Source: Octopus bimaculoides (Eukaryota). Taken from it: a DNA stretch of 51,070 nucleotides. How positions within the stretch are numbered: the stretch's first letter is position 1; the number at the start of each line of letters is the position of its first letter. The position numbers and the translations under genes are program-made. The DNA lies in the NCBI RefSeq assembly GCF_001194135.2, contig NC_068982.1, positions 132,481,794 to 132,532,863 on the forward strand. Reading direction: 5' to 3'. Positions 24,391 to 37,010 of the stretch are shown here, piece after piece. The notes beneath the pieces were generated by a model. That model searched no databases, was not told where the DNA came from, and saw only the letters and a program-made list of their open reading frames with translations.

Positions 24391-25689
24391 TGTTTAATAT
24401 TGCAGACATATTCCTACTCACTAACTCTCTCTAAAAAAGTATCATTTAAATGTATGCCTCTCAATTTTTAAAAATATTATTTATATTTGTAAAAATTTTT
24501 GTAATCGGTACATTTTATGTAAATGTGATATTGAAACTTTTAATTGATTGTAAAAAGTAGCTTTATCTACAATCTGTTAGAACATTATAATGCATATTTT
24601 AAATGATCTTTCATTAACAATCAATATCTCTATTGCAGTAATGTAAACTACATCTTTAATCTGTAGATTATTCTAATTGGGTTATTTAGATGCTTACAGA
24701 TTAAGGAACAAACAGCTATTTAATCTGTTAACTAGCTGATGATGTTTTCACATATTGTATTAGTTAGCATATCCATTTATAATCTTTATCTGATAAAACC
24801 TCATTTGTTTAAGAGGAAATGTAAAAAGAAAAATTATAAAATTATATTGAATCAAATAGCAATCCATAAACATGTACTTTGGTGATATTGTTTTCTTTTG
24901 TCAAAAGCACAAGATAATTTATGGTAAAGGAGGGATATAAGTGATTACATTGGCCACACTGTATCACTGGTGTTTATTTTATTGATGCCAGAGAGAGATG
25001 AATGATGAAGGCAAACTTGGCAGGGTTTGAAGTACTTACTCCTGAGATTATTCACTCAACAGATTAATTGATAAATAGTAAACTTCACTTATTTCATTTT
25101 CATTCAACTATAACTAGATTAACACAACATAAAAGTACTTGCCTCAAAAATTGCTTTGTAGTCCAGCTCATTATGAAAAACAAGAAAGCCTCTTCCTCTC
25201 CCACTAGCCTGACTAGTCAGCCTTGGATTTTTATCTCATTTTGAAAATTTTTTCTATATATACACATGCTGATATATGACCTACGTTGGACTCCTCATTT
25301 GCATAATCACCAAACCTGGAGCTTAACTATAGTCTGTCCATAGCATTTACTCAGCATTACCTGACACCTTTGGGTCTTATTGACACCATTACCTCCCATA
25401 ACCTTTATACATATATATATATATAGTAACACAAAGGGAGGAATTTCGATCATCCCCATGTGGTGAGTTGTAATGCAAAAAATATAAAGAAAATAAATAA
25501 AGGAAAATGCACACACTTTACATAATCTTAATATATATTTGAATATATTTTAAATATATTTTGTATTGTATTTGTTGACCTGTTTCACTTTTGCTAATCA
25601 TGACATTGAAATTATTGTAATTTCGTATTTTCTTAAGAAAATTTTGGTCCGTGTTGTATGTGGAGAAGTTTATGAATGAATGATACAAC

Positions 25690-26455
25690 AAGTAGAAAAA
25701 TCTAAGGAGAGGTAATTGGTGATCGTTATTATTGGGGACAAGGGAGGTAACTGATCATCTTTTGGAGAAGGAATAAATATGTGCAAAAACTTGTAAGCTG
25801 AAGTAGTTAGAAAAAATATGTACAGTGATGGGTATGTGATCATGAATTAAAATATATACTGAGATCAAAGTTGGTTATGCTTTCACATTTAAACACGTTC
25901 TGTATTTTTCGATGAACAAATTTTCTTTATTAGTTTGGTCGGATATTACCTGCACATCTCTCTATGTGTTCAATCAAAGGAATTTGTCCATATTGTGGAA
26001 TCCGAATCTGCTCCTTATGAAGTGTGGTTCCACATTTCAGCGTCGTACTTGTCTGTCCTATATAGTTATGTCCACAACCTGTGCAAGTTATAACATAAAT
26101 TAGATTCTCAGGAGCACAAATGAAGTTGGTTTTAATTGTGAACCTCTCTCCTTGTTTGAATAGGAATTCCAAGCCTTCCAGTAGGTTGGAGCATACTCCA
26201 CAGTTTGGGCGTCCACATTTTGTAACTGTTGGTTTCGTGGTTGTTGTGTAAAGCTTCACATTTGTGAAAAGTCTTTTTAGCAATTTGTGTTGCTTTTTGC
26301 ATTTGATGAATTTATATGTTTTCAGAATGTTGTTCATTTTTGGGTCTCTAGTGAGTAAAGGGAGATTTTGGACAATAATGTTGCATGCCTCATTGTTTCT
26401 AGGGTTGTGGGTTGATATATACAGTAGAGTTTTGATATGAAGTGTGGTATTATGT
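25690..26455 (-). mobile_element. Penelope-like element, GIY-YIG endonuclease region and 3' flank
   Basis: KCGRPNCGVCSNL..NLIYVITCTGCGHNYIGQT..HKEQIR..EHIERC gives the CCHH linker and GIY-YIG motif. The downstream frame ends FIEKYRTCLNVKA*. Confidence 0.9.
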
Positions 26456-26465
26456 TTTGATGTCT

Positions 26466-26640
<175 letters not shown>

Positions 26641-26781
26641 ACATATAAATAGATTGACGTAAATACAATTCATGTGTATTTGTAAAGTGATTCAAAGATA
26701 CTGGTAGGTTTCATTGAAGAGCCTTGCTTCGTAAATGGATTACCTTCACTCAGGGCAAATGAAGCTATCTCATTTGGTGGA

Positions 26782-26828
<47 letters not shown>

Positions 26829-27304
26829 ATACTGGCACCATCCTATGTCAATTCCTGAATTGAAGGGAGGAATATATCAAACTAGGCTAAGCTACCAAGA
26901 AGTAAAGGAGGAAGAGAGAAGAAATTTATTCTATGATTTCAACCAAACTACAATTCAATTCATGGAAAATCACAGAAAGGGCAAAACAAAGATTAAGGAT
27001 TAGAAAATCTCATGATATATGGGGAAAAACAAACTATTGAAGTTTTAAAGCAGAATAACTACACGTCGATGAAAGAGAGAGAAGTTGGGTTCAAGTATCG
27101 TATGTACTCCTAAGTTTTCAACAAAACAGTTTAGACAAATGGAAATGAGAGTGCCTGACTGGTACACATCATCATCAACCCCATTTGACATCCATTACAC
27201 ATGCACTAGGACTCTCAGAGACAGTTACTCAGCTTCCATAATGTATAAATGACAAAGAACACAGCATAAATAACACAGCATAATGTATAAGTGACAAAGA
27301 ACAA

Positions 27305-27463
27305 AGTCTATCGTAGAGTTACTTATTTACAGCTAAGGGATCTGGAGCAATAAGAAAAACATGTTTTGCTCATGAACGCAATGAACTTTCCAGTCCAGGA
27401 ATCAAAACCACAATCTTGTGATCATAAGCACAACACCTTAACCACTAAACCATGTGCCATCAC
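27305..27463 (-). mobile_element. Family D CORE-like SINE (old)
   Basis: acttatttacagctaag..gttttgctcatgaac..caggaatcaaaccacaatcttgtgatca..ttaaccactaaaccatgtgcc. Confidence 0.65.
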
Positions 27464-28199
27464 TGGTATACTCCACCTCCTAATATTCAATCCTCAACCA
27501 AGCAACATGTTTTAAACATGTATATATTTTGAAATAGTGCATCTTTTAGCTTGCATGCTGGGTTTTGGTACAAAGAGAATTTTAAGCAGTTTTCAAACTT
27601 TCAGCAAAATGCAAATTAACTTAGTTGCATGAAATAACTAATCAGCATTTTCTATGTAACTTATATGCTCCTACCTCTTCAAAGAGTGGTCAGGTTAAAA
27701 AGAAATTGATGAGGGTTAATGGTTTTCCCACGCAACATGTTTTAAATGTCGAAATATATTTCAATATTCTTAAATTTTAAAACGTTTTTTTGTTAGAAAA
27801 CTGAATCTTTCTCTCTCACTTTCTCCCTCACACTCACATGTATACATATGTATGTATCATTATATTTATATCTTAATGTGTGTGTGTGTGCGTTTGTGTG
27901 TGTGTGCATGGGTGTGTGTGTGCCTTTTTAAGAATCTTAATGAGGTGTATATTTTTGAATAATCAGTATGTAACTGAACTGTATTGGCCCTGAAGACATT
28001 CTAACCCAAAATAATCTTCACAGCAAGACTACATTAACATTCAGAAAATATATTACTATATATTTTGAGTGATGGAATATTTAATCAGCCTTACTATTTA
28101 ACAATATGGCTGATGGATGTACCTCAGGGAATCGTTTTGCATATTAAATACACATACATTAAGGTTTCACATATATAATCTACTGAACTGGAAAACTTT

Positions 28200-29700
28200 G
28201 ATTAATTGAGATTATTCATGCAAATAGAAAGAAAAAAATCACTATCTGAAGATAACTGAAACCTTAAAAGCAACAAAAAAGGGAAATAACTCCAACAAAA
28301 TCAGTTAACTGAATTTTTTTGAGAAAATAAAGTTGTTGCTGATGGAAGTGGATCTTGTCTTTGAACTAAGTGGTAAAAGTAGACATGCTTTGGTTTTATG
28401 AGACCTCTTCAGTAACATGGTTTACTCAGTTGGTAATGCTTAGAAGTGATCAACATGTTTATGATAATACAAGGAATGTAGTATTTTGATAAAGACTATT
28501 TACAATTTAGCTGAGGGAAAATATCTCAAGGGAACATTCTGCTTACTAAATGCACATACAACATAGCCTCAAACATGTTAAAAACTGAAATGATCCATGC
28601 AATATGGAAACAAAAATTCTCTCTTATAGTGTTTAAAAGAAATAACTCAAGCATGAACTGCTAATCAACTTTTGGAAAATTTTGCATGATTGTGTGATTA
28701 GCAAGTTAACTTTGTAACCTTTTGATGGTATAGTATGAGATAGAGGAAGAATTTTGTTTATAGTCATGCTTCATCACTCACAACTCTTATCGGCTTCTGT
28801 TGTCTTTACTTGTCAGTAGCATGTTGTCACCTACTTCTCACTGATTGCTGACCCAATGAAGCCTGTCTCTGTGCTCCTCTGACTCTGTTTTCCTATTTTC
28901 AGTTTGCTACTCTTTTTATAAGCTGTGATTACCAAAATCAAAGCTTTATTGATTTTTCAGTCAACAATTATGGATTTGTTAGAGTTTTTGTTGACATCAG
29001 TCATAGAATATGACCTGTAGTTGTTGAATACCAATGGATAAATTTTTCTTGATGTCACCACATCTGCAAGATCAGATTCCAAAAATTTCTAAAAAAAATA
29101 TTGGTAAGATTTTTGCTGACATGGCAAAATACTGAATACAACATTTTGTATTTGGAAACCAAAATGTTTCAAGTTTGAACATTGGTATAGATTTGCTATA
29201 ACCACTCAATACAAGCAACAAAACCCTTGTAACAAATATTCCTCCATAATCTATGCCTATTTCCAAAAAGAACATCGATTTTAGATTGTGATACGTTATG
29301 GCAGTTTATATGATACTAAAATACTGCAAACAGGTTGAAAATCAAATACAGGCAGCAGTAATTTTCAGAAACCCAAAGTGTTACTCATAAAGCTAATAAT
29401 TAGGAAGGAAAAAACAACACATAAAATAAAATTATATTCCCTGAGATCAATTCCAGAAGAAGCCTAAACTAACATAGCAGCTCCTTGTAGAATTGAACTG
29501 AAGAAAACAATACATCATGCTCCAGGCATGTTGAGGAAGAAGAAAAAGACAAAAGATACATTACCAAAGTCATCTTATTCATTCTTGACAAATTTACTTC
29601 TTTCAAACATGGATTCAAAGTATTACCAAACATAAAAAAATGACATTCTGATCCCCTTTGTTTCAATACTAAACAAAACTTGAATTGAACTCTATTGGTA
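28200..29700 (+). mobile_element. Highly decayed DNA transposase fossil, most likely piggyBac-like
   Basis: Remnants in the expected order: VVADGSG (WxLADxSGY-like), (D)NWFTS-like with indels, IFLDV, and C-terminal KK*HSDPLCFNTKQN (CxKCxxxLC...RNCF-like cysteine-rich domain). Many stops and frameshifts. Confidence 0.45.
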
Positions 29701-29702
29701 AA

Positions 29703-29935
29703 CATCATCATCATCATCATCATCATCATTTAGCGTCCACTTTCTATGCTGCGATGGGTTAGATGGTTTGATTGGAATTGGTAAAACAGGGAGCTGCACC
29801 AGGTTCCAGTCTAATTTGGCATGGTTTCTATGGCTGGATGCCTTTCCTAATGCCAACCACTCCAAGAGAATAAGGGGTGCTTTTTACATGCCACCAGCAT
29901 GGGTGCTTTTACGTGCCATTAGCACAGGTGCCAAC
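29703..29935 (-). mobile_element. Family A SINE
   Basis: (CAT)n tttagcgtccactttctatgct..ggctggatgcctttcctaatgccaaccactcc..ttttacgtgcc. Confidence 0.8.
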
Positions 29936-30233
29936 TGGTAACGCTTTTGGAAAATTGCTGATATCACATACATGACACAAGCTAAGTCACTAATTTTATC
30001 TTTGATCTACATGAAGATATTGAATTTGCTTTGATTTCAATGAAGATATTGAATTTGCTTGCACCAGTGTCCAACTAAATACCACTGTATAGATTTAATC
30101 ACATACTTAATAAATATAAAGTCACATGCTTCAAATTCAATGCATTATTCTGAAAGTGTGTTATGAGAAGTTTACCATGTTCATAAGTAAAATCCTAGAA
30201 ACACATGCATCTTATATATTTCAGTGTGAGCAT

Positions 30234-30274
<41 letters not shown>

Positions 30275-30347
30275 GGCATGGTCAATGAAAAATAGTTTAG
30301 TTAATACACATAGCAGAGTTTATATGCTCAAAGCTGACAGTATATTC

Positions 30348-30576
30348 ATATTTCTTTACTGTCCACAAGGGGCTACACACAGAGGGGACCAAACGGATTA
30401 AGTCGATTATATCGACTCTAGTGCGTAACTGGTACTTATTTAATCGACCCCGAAAGGATGAAAGGCAAAGTCGACTTCGGCAGAATTTGAACTCAGAACG
30501 CAGTGGCAGACGAAATACCGCTAAGCATTTCGCCAAGCGTGCTAACGTGTATATTCTGTGTATATTCGGCGAGCTG
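30348..30576 (-). mobile_element. Young family B SINE with 15-bp TSD and 5' inversion
   Basis: TSD GCTGACAGTATATTC at 30333-30347 and 30577-30591. CpGs are retained. An inverted head fragment ggcgagctg sits at the 5' junction. Confidence 0.85.
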
Positions 30577-30947
30577 GCTGACAGTATATTCTGTGCATTA
30601 CTCTGGGTTTCTCTTGGTTATTAATTTGGGTGGCAATCTTTTTGCCACACAAATGCACCATGTACTCACATATCTATTATTACTTATATAACACAAGAGA
30701 AATATACATACTCACATTTCATAAATTTATAACACAGCCTTTGTTAAACAAAATTAAAATGCCATAATACATTCGGTAATATACTTCCAATGAAGCTGCA
30801 CCTGTGTTGATCAAGTGTAAAGATTTGTAACAGAATTACAAGTCTTTACTCTCAACGTATTTTTTCAGCTAGTTTTCATTTAAATAAATACTGTGCTGAA
30901 AGATGTTTCGAAAAGATTAACCACATACCAAAGAAACTTATGTATAT

Positions 30948-31172
30948 ATATATGTGTGTGTGTTTTTGTGTCTGTTTGTCCCCCAACATCGCTTGACAAC
31001 CGATGCTGGTGTGTTTACGTCCCCGTAACTTAGCGGTCCGGCAAAAGAGACCGATAGAATAAGTACTAGGCTTACAAAGAATAAGTCCTGGGGTCGATTT
31101 GCTCGACTAAAGACGATGCTCCCGCATGGCCGCAGTCAAATGACTGAAACAAGTAAAATAGTGAAAGAGTAA
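30948..31172 (+). mobile_element. Young family C tail module
   Basis: gtttgtcccccaacatcgcttgacaaccgatgctggtgtgtttacgtccccgtaacttagcgg..gactgaaacaagtaaaa, with CpGs intact. Confidence 0.9.
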
Positions 31173-31524
31173 ATTAACTTATCAGCTAGTTCAATACCAA
31201 AAAATTTTCCAAAGATAATAGATTTGTTTCAATCTCTCACGTAAAAATAGATATAAAATGAATGTTGAGTGACTACTTAATAAGTTACAATTAATAATGG
31301 CATAAAATAGTAAATTAAACAACAAGGTGCATTCTAGAAACCAAGCTATAATTAGAATGTGTAAATACGTTTTTAATTTCAAATAAGATAATTGAAATTA
31401 TCAGAAATAGACTGATAAATTTAACTCACATAACTCCATCACATGTCACACAAATTACCAAATGTACAACACACAAAATATCTCTTTCAGCTATTAAAGA
31501 TTAGTCCTAAAACATCCTTATAAA

Positions 31525-31570
<46 letters not shown>

Positions 31571-31623
31571 TATATACACACGTATATGTATATATATATA
31601 TATGTATATATGTATGTATACAT

Positions 31624-31667
<44 letters not shown>

Positions 31668-31774
31668 GTATATATATGTATATATATATGTATATGTGTG
31701 TGTGTGTGTGTGAATTTATTTAGATAGATATAGATATATATGTAGATTGACATATATACATATATATATATATA

Positions 31775-33030
31775 CAGGGTGCGATGGGTAAATTGTTGCC
31801 ATTTTATATTTTTAATTTCGTGCATGTACATTGTTTGTTTTTCATTTTGTCAACTAATAGGGTCAGCTGGGTACTATCTGTGAGAAAAACAGCACCAATG
31901 GCACAATTTGCTTTGCCAGAAATTTGGAATCGACATGCTGTACTGCTTGGCATTCGTGCCAGAAGCTTCAATATTTCAGAGCACTTTGTTGTCACTCTGA
32001 GGACAGTGCTGAGGATTTGGAAACAGTTGGATGAGTCTAATGGTGATTATGAAGGTATCACAGCTCGGAAAACTCACTCTGATCGTTCTGATAAGAAAAA
32101 AACTCCTGAATTTGTTGGTGAGATCCAGGCCATGATTGTCAACGCAATCAGGTCCATCGCCAGGGACACTCAGGAGTGTCTGAGTTTCTTACCAGGCAGG
32201 TAGTGCATGAAAATATTCGGTATTCTTCATACAAGATGTGAAAGCGCCAATTTTCATCCCAAGTCATCAAGGACAAGAGGAAAGACCATGCTACGAAGTT
32301 TTTGAACAAACTCAAGCATCTCCTCCAACTGAATATGTTTTTGTTTTTCTCAGATGAGAAAAAATTCTGCCAGGATCAGATGAACACACAGAGCAACCGT
32401 CAGCTTGCCATGTCCCCAAAACATGTACCAAGAGTGATAAAAATCAAACATTCAGTTAACTACATGATGTTTGGCGTAATCACTTGTGACGGTGACATTA
32501 TGCCTCCACTCATCATCCCACACGGCCTCAGACTCAACACGGAGGCTTACATCAAGTGCCTGGAGGAGGTAGTGCTGCCCTGGATCAAGAGGATGGCTGC
32601 TGGAAGACTCTGTGTTTGGCAACAGGACTCTGTACCATGCCACACAAGCAGGAGAACCTAGTCGTTGCTATCAGACAATTTCTGCAACCACATCTGCAAC
32701 TGGCCACCTAACTCCACAGACTGCAACCCCCTTGATTATTATGTGTGGAGTGCAGCCGAGTATTAGACCTACAAAATTCCCTGTAACACTAAAGGTGAAC
32801 TGAAGGCAAGTATTATGGCAGCAGTCACCAACTTAAACAAGGAGACCACCCAGAAGAGTTGCAGGAGATTCCGAAGTCGTCTAGAAATTGTGGTTGAAGC
32901 CAAGAGAGATTTTTACTGAATAAATTTACTTTTTAGTATGTCAAGATATTTTCATGTACTTTTAAAATGATGAATCAGTGTCATTTTCATTTTTGTGTAA
33001 TATAGACAACAATTTATTCATCACACCCTG
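31775..33030 (+). mobile_element. Full-length decayed Tc1/mariner element, maT (DD37D)-like
   Basis: TIRs CAGGGTGCGATGGGTAAATTGTTG / CAACAATTTATTCATCACACCCTG in a (TA)n context. Transposase remnants FFSDEKKF, QQDSVPCH and WPPNSTDCNPLDYYVW, with stops and frameshifts. Confidence 0.9.
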
Positions 33031-33215
33031 TGTATATAATAATATATATATATTTACATTTATATATANNNNNNNNNNNNNNNNNNNNNNNNNNNNNNNN
33101 NNNNNNNNNNNNNNNNNNNNNNNNNNNNNNNNNNNNNNNNNNNNNNNNNNNNNNNNNNNNNNNNNNNNNNNNNNNNNNNNNNNNNTATATATATATATGT
33201 ATATATATATATATA

Positions 33216-33830
33216 GGATCTTTCTGATTTGACGGGCAACACTTGTTTTCTTAACGAAACACTTTCAAACTTGGGATACTGGTAGAATGTGTCATATAAA
33301 ACATCTTTTTCTCTTAGCTTTCTTAACAAAAAATTATATATTACAAGTTATTTCATGTTAAAGTTGTTGTATTTCTGTAATTTCAACTAATCACTGACGT
33401 CTATTCACCTGAATACAGTTACTGCTGTTTTTATAAACAATAAATTTTTGCCGGTGTCAAGTGTGTTATTCCCTGTTTAATTATATCATTATTCTCTAGT
33501 ATGGGTTTAGGGTTTTAGGATTAGGGTTCGGGTTATGAGTGAGGTTATGGCAAAAATAAAACGGCACTAATTTTATTCAAGGGAAAAGATCCCATGACAC
33601 CGTTGTTTACATTCCACGGCAGTAATTATTTTCACCTCAATAGACGTCAGTGATTGGTTGAAATTACCGAAATACGACAATTTTTTACATGAAATAACTT
33701 CGAATACAAAATTTTTTATCTGTTCTATAACACAAAATATACGAGTATACAAAGTTTGAAAGTGTTTCGGTACCAAAAACACTACATAAAACATTAATGA
33801 AAAGTGTTGCCCGTCAAATCAGAAAGATCC
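33216..33830. mobile_element. Non-autonomous foldback DNA transposon (long imperfect inverted arms)
   Basis: Perfect 29-bp TIR GGATCTTTCTGATTTGACGGGCAACACTT (33216-33244 and 33802-33830) with TA flanks. Inverted similarity continues about 200 bp inward. Confidence 0.9.
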
Positions 33831-34337
33831 TATATATACATACACACACATATATATATATATATACATACATATATGTACATACATAAATGTACATATA
33901 TATTCATATATATATACATACATAAATATATGCATACATATGGTATATATATCTAATATAGTAAACGTGTAAACTAATTTCTGTGAGTCAGTGTGTCACA
34001 CTGAGACCCCTCTCTCTCACTATTCAAGGACACTCCTACTATTCCTCATGATGGGGTGAGAGTAATAGTAGACGGTGAAGGCGGTGGCGAAGACAGACAG
34101 ACAGAGAGAAAGAAGAAAAGGGAGGGAAAGAGAGACAAAGAAATTTAGGGAGAGTTGATGTTTTATTAAAAGTAGTAGTGTTGGTGGTGGCAGTGGGAGT
34201 AATAATAAAAGAGAGAGAAAGAAAGAGATGATGCACAACTTTGTTTAACTATGTCTCTTTGACAGAAATTCCTGTCGCCAACATACAGTAACATTATTAT
34301 TTTTGTATTCTTTAAGACACACACACACACACACACA

Positions 34338-34400
<63 letters not shown>

Positions 34401-34659
34401 ATACGCTTTAATTGAAATAAAGTTTCCCCAAAATTAAACATATCATAGTATGTCAGTGCGTCACACTTTTTCAACTTCAATAAATCCTTTCTACTGGAAG
34501 CACAAGGCCTCAAATTTTGAGGGAAGGGATTAAGGCAATTACATTGTCCTCAGTACGTAACTGGTACTAATTTTAATGACCCAGGCAATACTTACTCTCT
34601 AGTGTGTGTGTGTGTATGCACATCAATGTTTTCTTTTAAATTACATAGCTTCTAGTGTA

Positions 34660-34809
34660 TATTCTTTTCTACTCTAGGCACAATGCCCGAAATTATGGGG
34701 GAGGGGGCAACGCAACTGGTACTTAATTTATCGACTCCGAAATGATGAAAAGCAAAGTCTATCTCGGCGGAATTTGAACTCAGAACGTAAAGCCAGACGA
34801 AATACCGCT
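34660..34809 (-). mobile_element. Family B SINE with internal deletion; a further fragment lies at 34490-34585
   Basis: ttcttttctactctaggcacaatgcccgaaatt..gcaactggtacttaatttatcgac..cggcggaatttgaactcagaacgtaaagccagacgaaataccgc. Confidence 0.85.
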
Positions 34810-35163
34810 TGTGCGTGTGCTTGTGTGTGTACGTGTTTGTGTGTGTGCATATGCATGCGTGCGTGCATGTGCGCGTGTGTGCACGCGTGCGCGTGTAGAA
34901 TAATTAAAGCCATATTATTTTATGCCAATTGGTATAGCTACAGAGCTTGCTGGAAATTTTACAAGAAATGGTTTTTAAGATTGAAATTATCCTGAAATTA
35001 ATTGTAATTAGCCATGCGATAAAAACAAAGACACATAGATACCAAATCCATTAAAGAAAACGTTTTAAAATTTGAGTTGCCTTACTTTTCTTCACAAAAA
35101 CAAAACTTATGCATGTCAAACTGAAACAAGGCAATAACATCGTTTGTATGTTTTTCTATTTAA

Positions 35164-35363
35164 TCTTTTGTTACCGTATTTCCATTGGAATGTCTTAGCA
35201 TTGTTTCAATCAATTCTGAAAATTACAAACAATTTAGTTATATAACTTTGCTGGTGTTTGAAACATAATTAGCACGAAGTTTGGATGAAAGATTTTAATT
35301 TAGGTCACTTTATGGTAGGATGTTTGTAATGAAGAAACAGGGAGTGAGTTGGTGCCGAAAGGG
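35164..35363. mobile_element. piggyBac-like MITE, same family as 1030-1249
   Basis: TTAA tcttttgttacc.. start and ..ggtgccgaaaggg TTAA end. Confidence 0.7.
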
Positions 35364-35394
35364 TTAATTGTGCAAGTATGTACGTAAGATTAAA

Positions 35395-35675
35395 ATCATC
35401 GTTATCATCATCAGCATCATCATCAACAGCAACATCCTCGCTATCGTTGTCAACTTTATCACTTTATCATCACAATTACCACCACCATCACCACTGCCAC
35501 TGTTGCCATTGCCAGTATCATCCATGCCACTACCACGACCAACAACAACAACCGCACCACCACCACCACCACCACTATTATCATCACCACCATCACCATC
35601 ATCATCGTCATCATCATCATCATCAACAACATCACAATCACTATAGTATCATAATACTAATCAACATCAACATTA
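35395..35675. repeat. Degenerate (CAT/CAC/CAA)n trinucleotide tract
   Basis: Seen directly in the sequence; it explains the poly-His and poly-Pro ORFs. Confidence 0.9.
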
Positions 35676-36074
35676 TAGAAATGTTTCTCATACACTGAAA
35701 ACTGAATTAATTTTGTAAATCTGAAATCGGAAATAAGAAATGTGAAATGAACAGTTATATTGTATAATAACATATAAGAACAGAGACACCCTACATTAAA
35801 CATTAGGCAAGTAGAATTAAATAGCTTCCGCAGAGAACACTATTCTTGCGAGTAATCCAGATGTTGAACATTTGGCTATTCTTTAGCCATTCACTTAATT
35901 GGTTATTATATATTATGTATGCAACAATGTCAATAAACAGCAACACCCAAATATTAATAGTAGCTAGTATTATTGGGGTAAACGTTTGTAAGGCGGAAAT
36001 ATCTCTTTAAGCAACTTCTTGCATCTATCATCACTTATAGAAGGAACAACAATAGTGAATTCCACAACATTTAA

Positions 36075-36360
36075 AATCAGTGTATAAACGGGTGAATGAG
36101 TGACCACCTTCTGTCATGAATGACCATTGGATTGCATCTAGAAAGTTATCCTCCTCCGAGGTATAAATCCGGGCAAGGTTGTTTATGGGAGACCAGCCTT
36201 CGCCTATGCATACCAGCCTCCCTTCTCCACGCCACCAGTGTTATCCAAGGAAAAGGCAAAAGCCGATACAGTTTGTCACCAGTGACGTCGCGACTCATTT
36301 CTACAGCTGAGTGAACTGGAGCAACGTGAAATAAAGTGTCTTGCTCAAGAACACAACACA
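36075..36360 (-). mobile_element. Family D CORE-like SINE, head truncated
   Basis: ctcatttctacagctgagtgaactggagcaacgtgaaataaagtgtcttgctcaagaacacaac is the reverse complement of a MIR/CORE-like domain. Confidence 0.8.
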
Positions 36361-36399
36361 GATATTGTTAAATATAGTAGTAGTACTTGTACTTTGCTT

Positions 36400-36862
36400 G
36401 TACTTGCGGTGACATTCATCTGGGGTGGGTTGAGACAGCTCCAACCAACAAGTTCGCCATTTGTCCCTGGCAAGCGCTGACCACATCTGACCGCTGGCTG
36501 TGGATAGCATGGACGCCATAACCACTTGTTTCGCTGTTGATGAATAACGTGTTCAGAATTTCAGTGGGGATGCAAATTCACATGTGGTACCCGGTTACAT
36601 ACATGCACACTTTGTGATATTGTGAACCATAGCAGCTCATCTCATCGTTGATTGTCAACCATCATAGAGGATTCACTGACCAAGTTAACACCAGTTATCA
36701 GAGCAGACATAGCCTGGGTTTGAAGCAGGTTCTAAAGACATGTTTTAGCAAAAGCTATGAAGTGCCTCACTTCTTTGAGCACACCAGATACCAATCTAGA
36801 ATTCCTAAGGGCTTGTGCAATTGCTATATGGTTGCTGAACCTACACTAGGTTCATCCGTCCT
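36400..36862 (+). mobile_element. LINE ORF2 3' end (I/Jockey/R1-like C-terminal zinc knuckle), decayed
   Basis: G*HGRHNHLFRC, then CTLCDIV(E)TIAAHLIVDC (CX2CX8HX4C after one frameshift), ending at (TAT)n. Confidence 0.5.
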
Positions 36863-36880
36863 TTATTATTATTATTATTA

Positions 36881-36911
<31 letters not shown>

Positions 36912-37010
36912 AAGAAGAAGAAGAAGAAGAAGAAGAAGAAGAAGAAGAAGAAGAAGAAGAAGAAGAAGAAGAAGAAGAAGAAGAAGAAGAAGAAGAAGAA
37001 GAAGAAGAAG
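36863..37010. repeat. (TAT)n followed by pure (AAG) x about 43
   Basis: Uninterrupted AAG run at 36882-37010. Confidence 0.97.

Noticed and set aside
25143-25225. Minus-strand GRGRGFLVFHNELDYKAIFE ending at a GC-type donor
   Set aside because: There is no credible acceptor before the upstream stop, and the RNP1 resemblance is partial.
25577-25610. GAAACAGGTC downstream of the Penelope fragment as a possible pLTR hammerhead half
   Set aside because: There is no CUGANGA and no stem II; it is too decayed to support.
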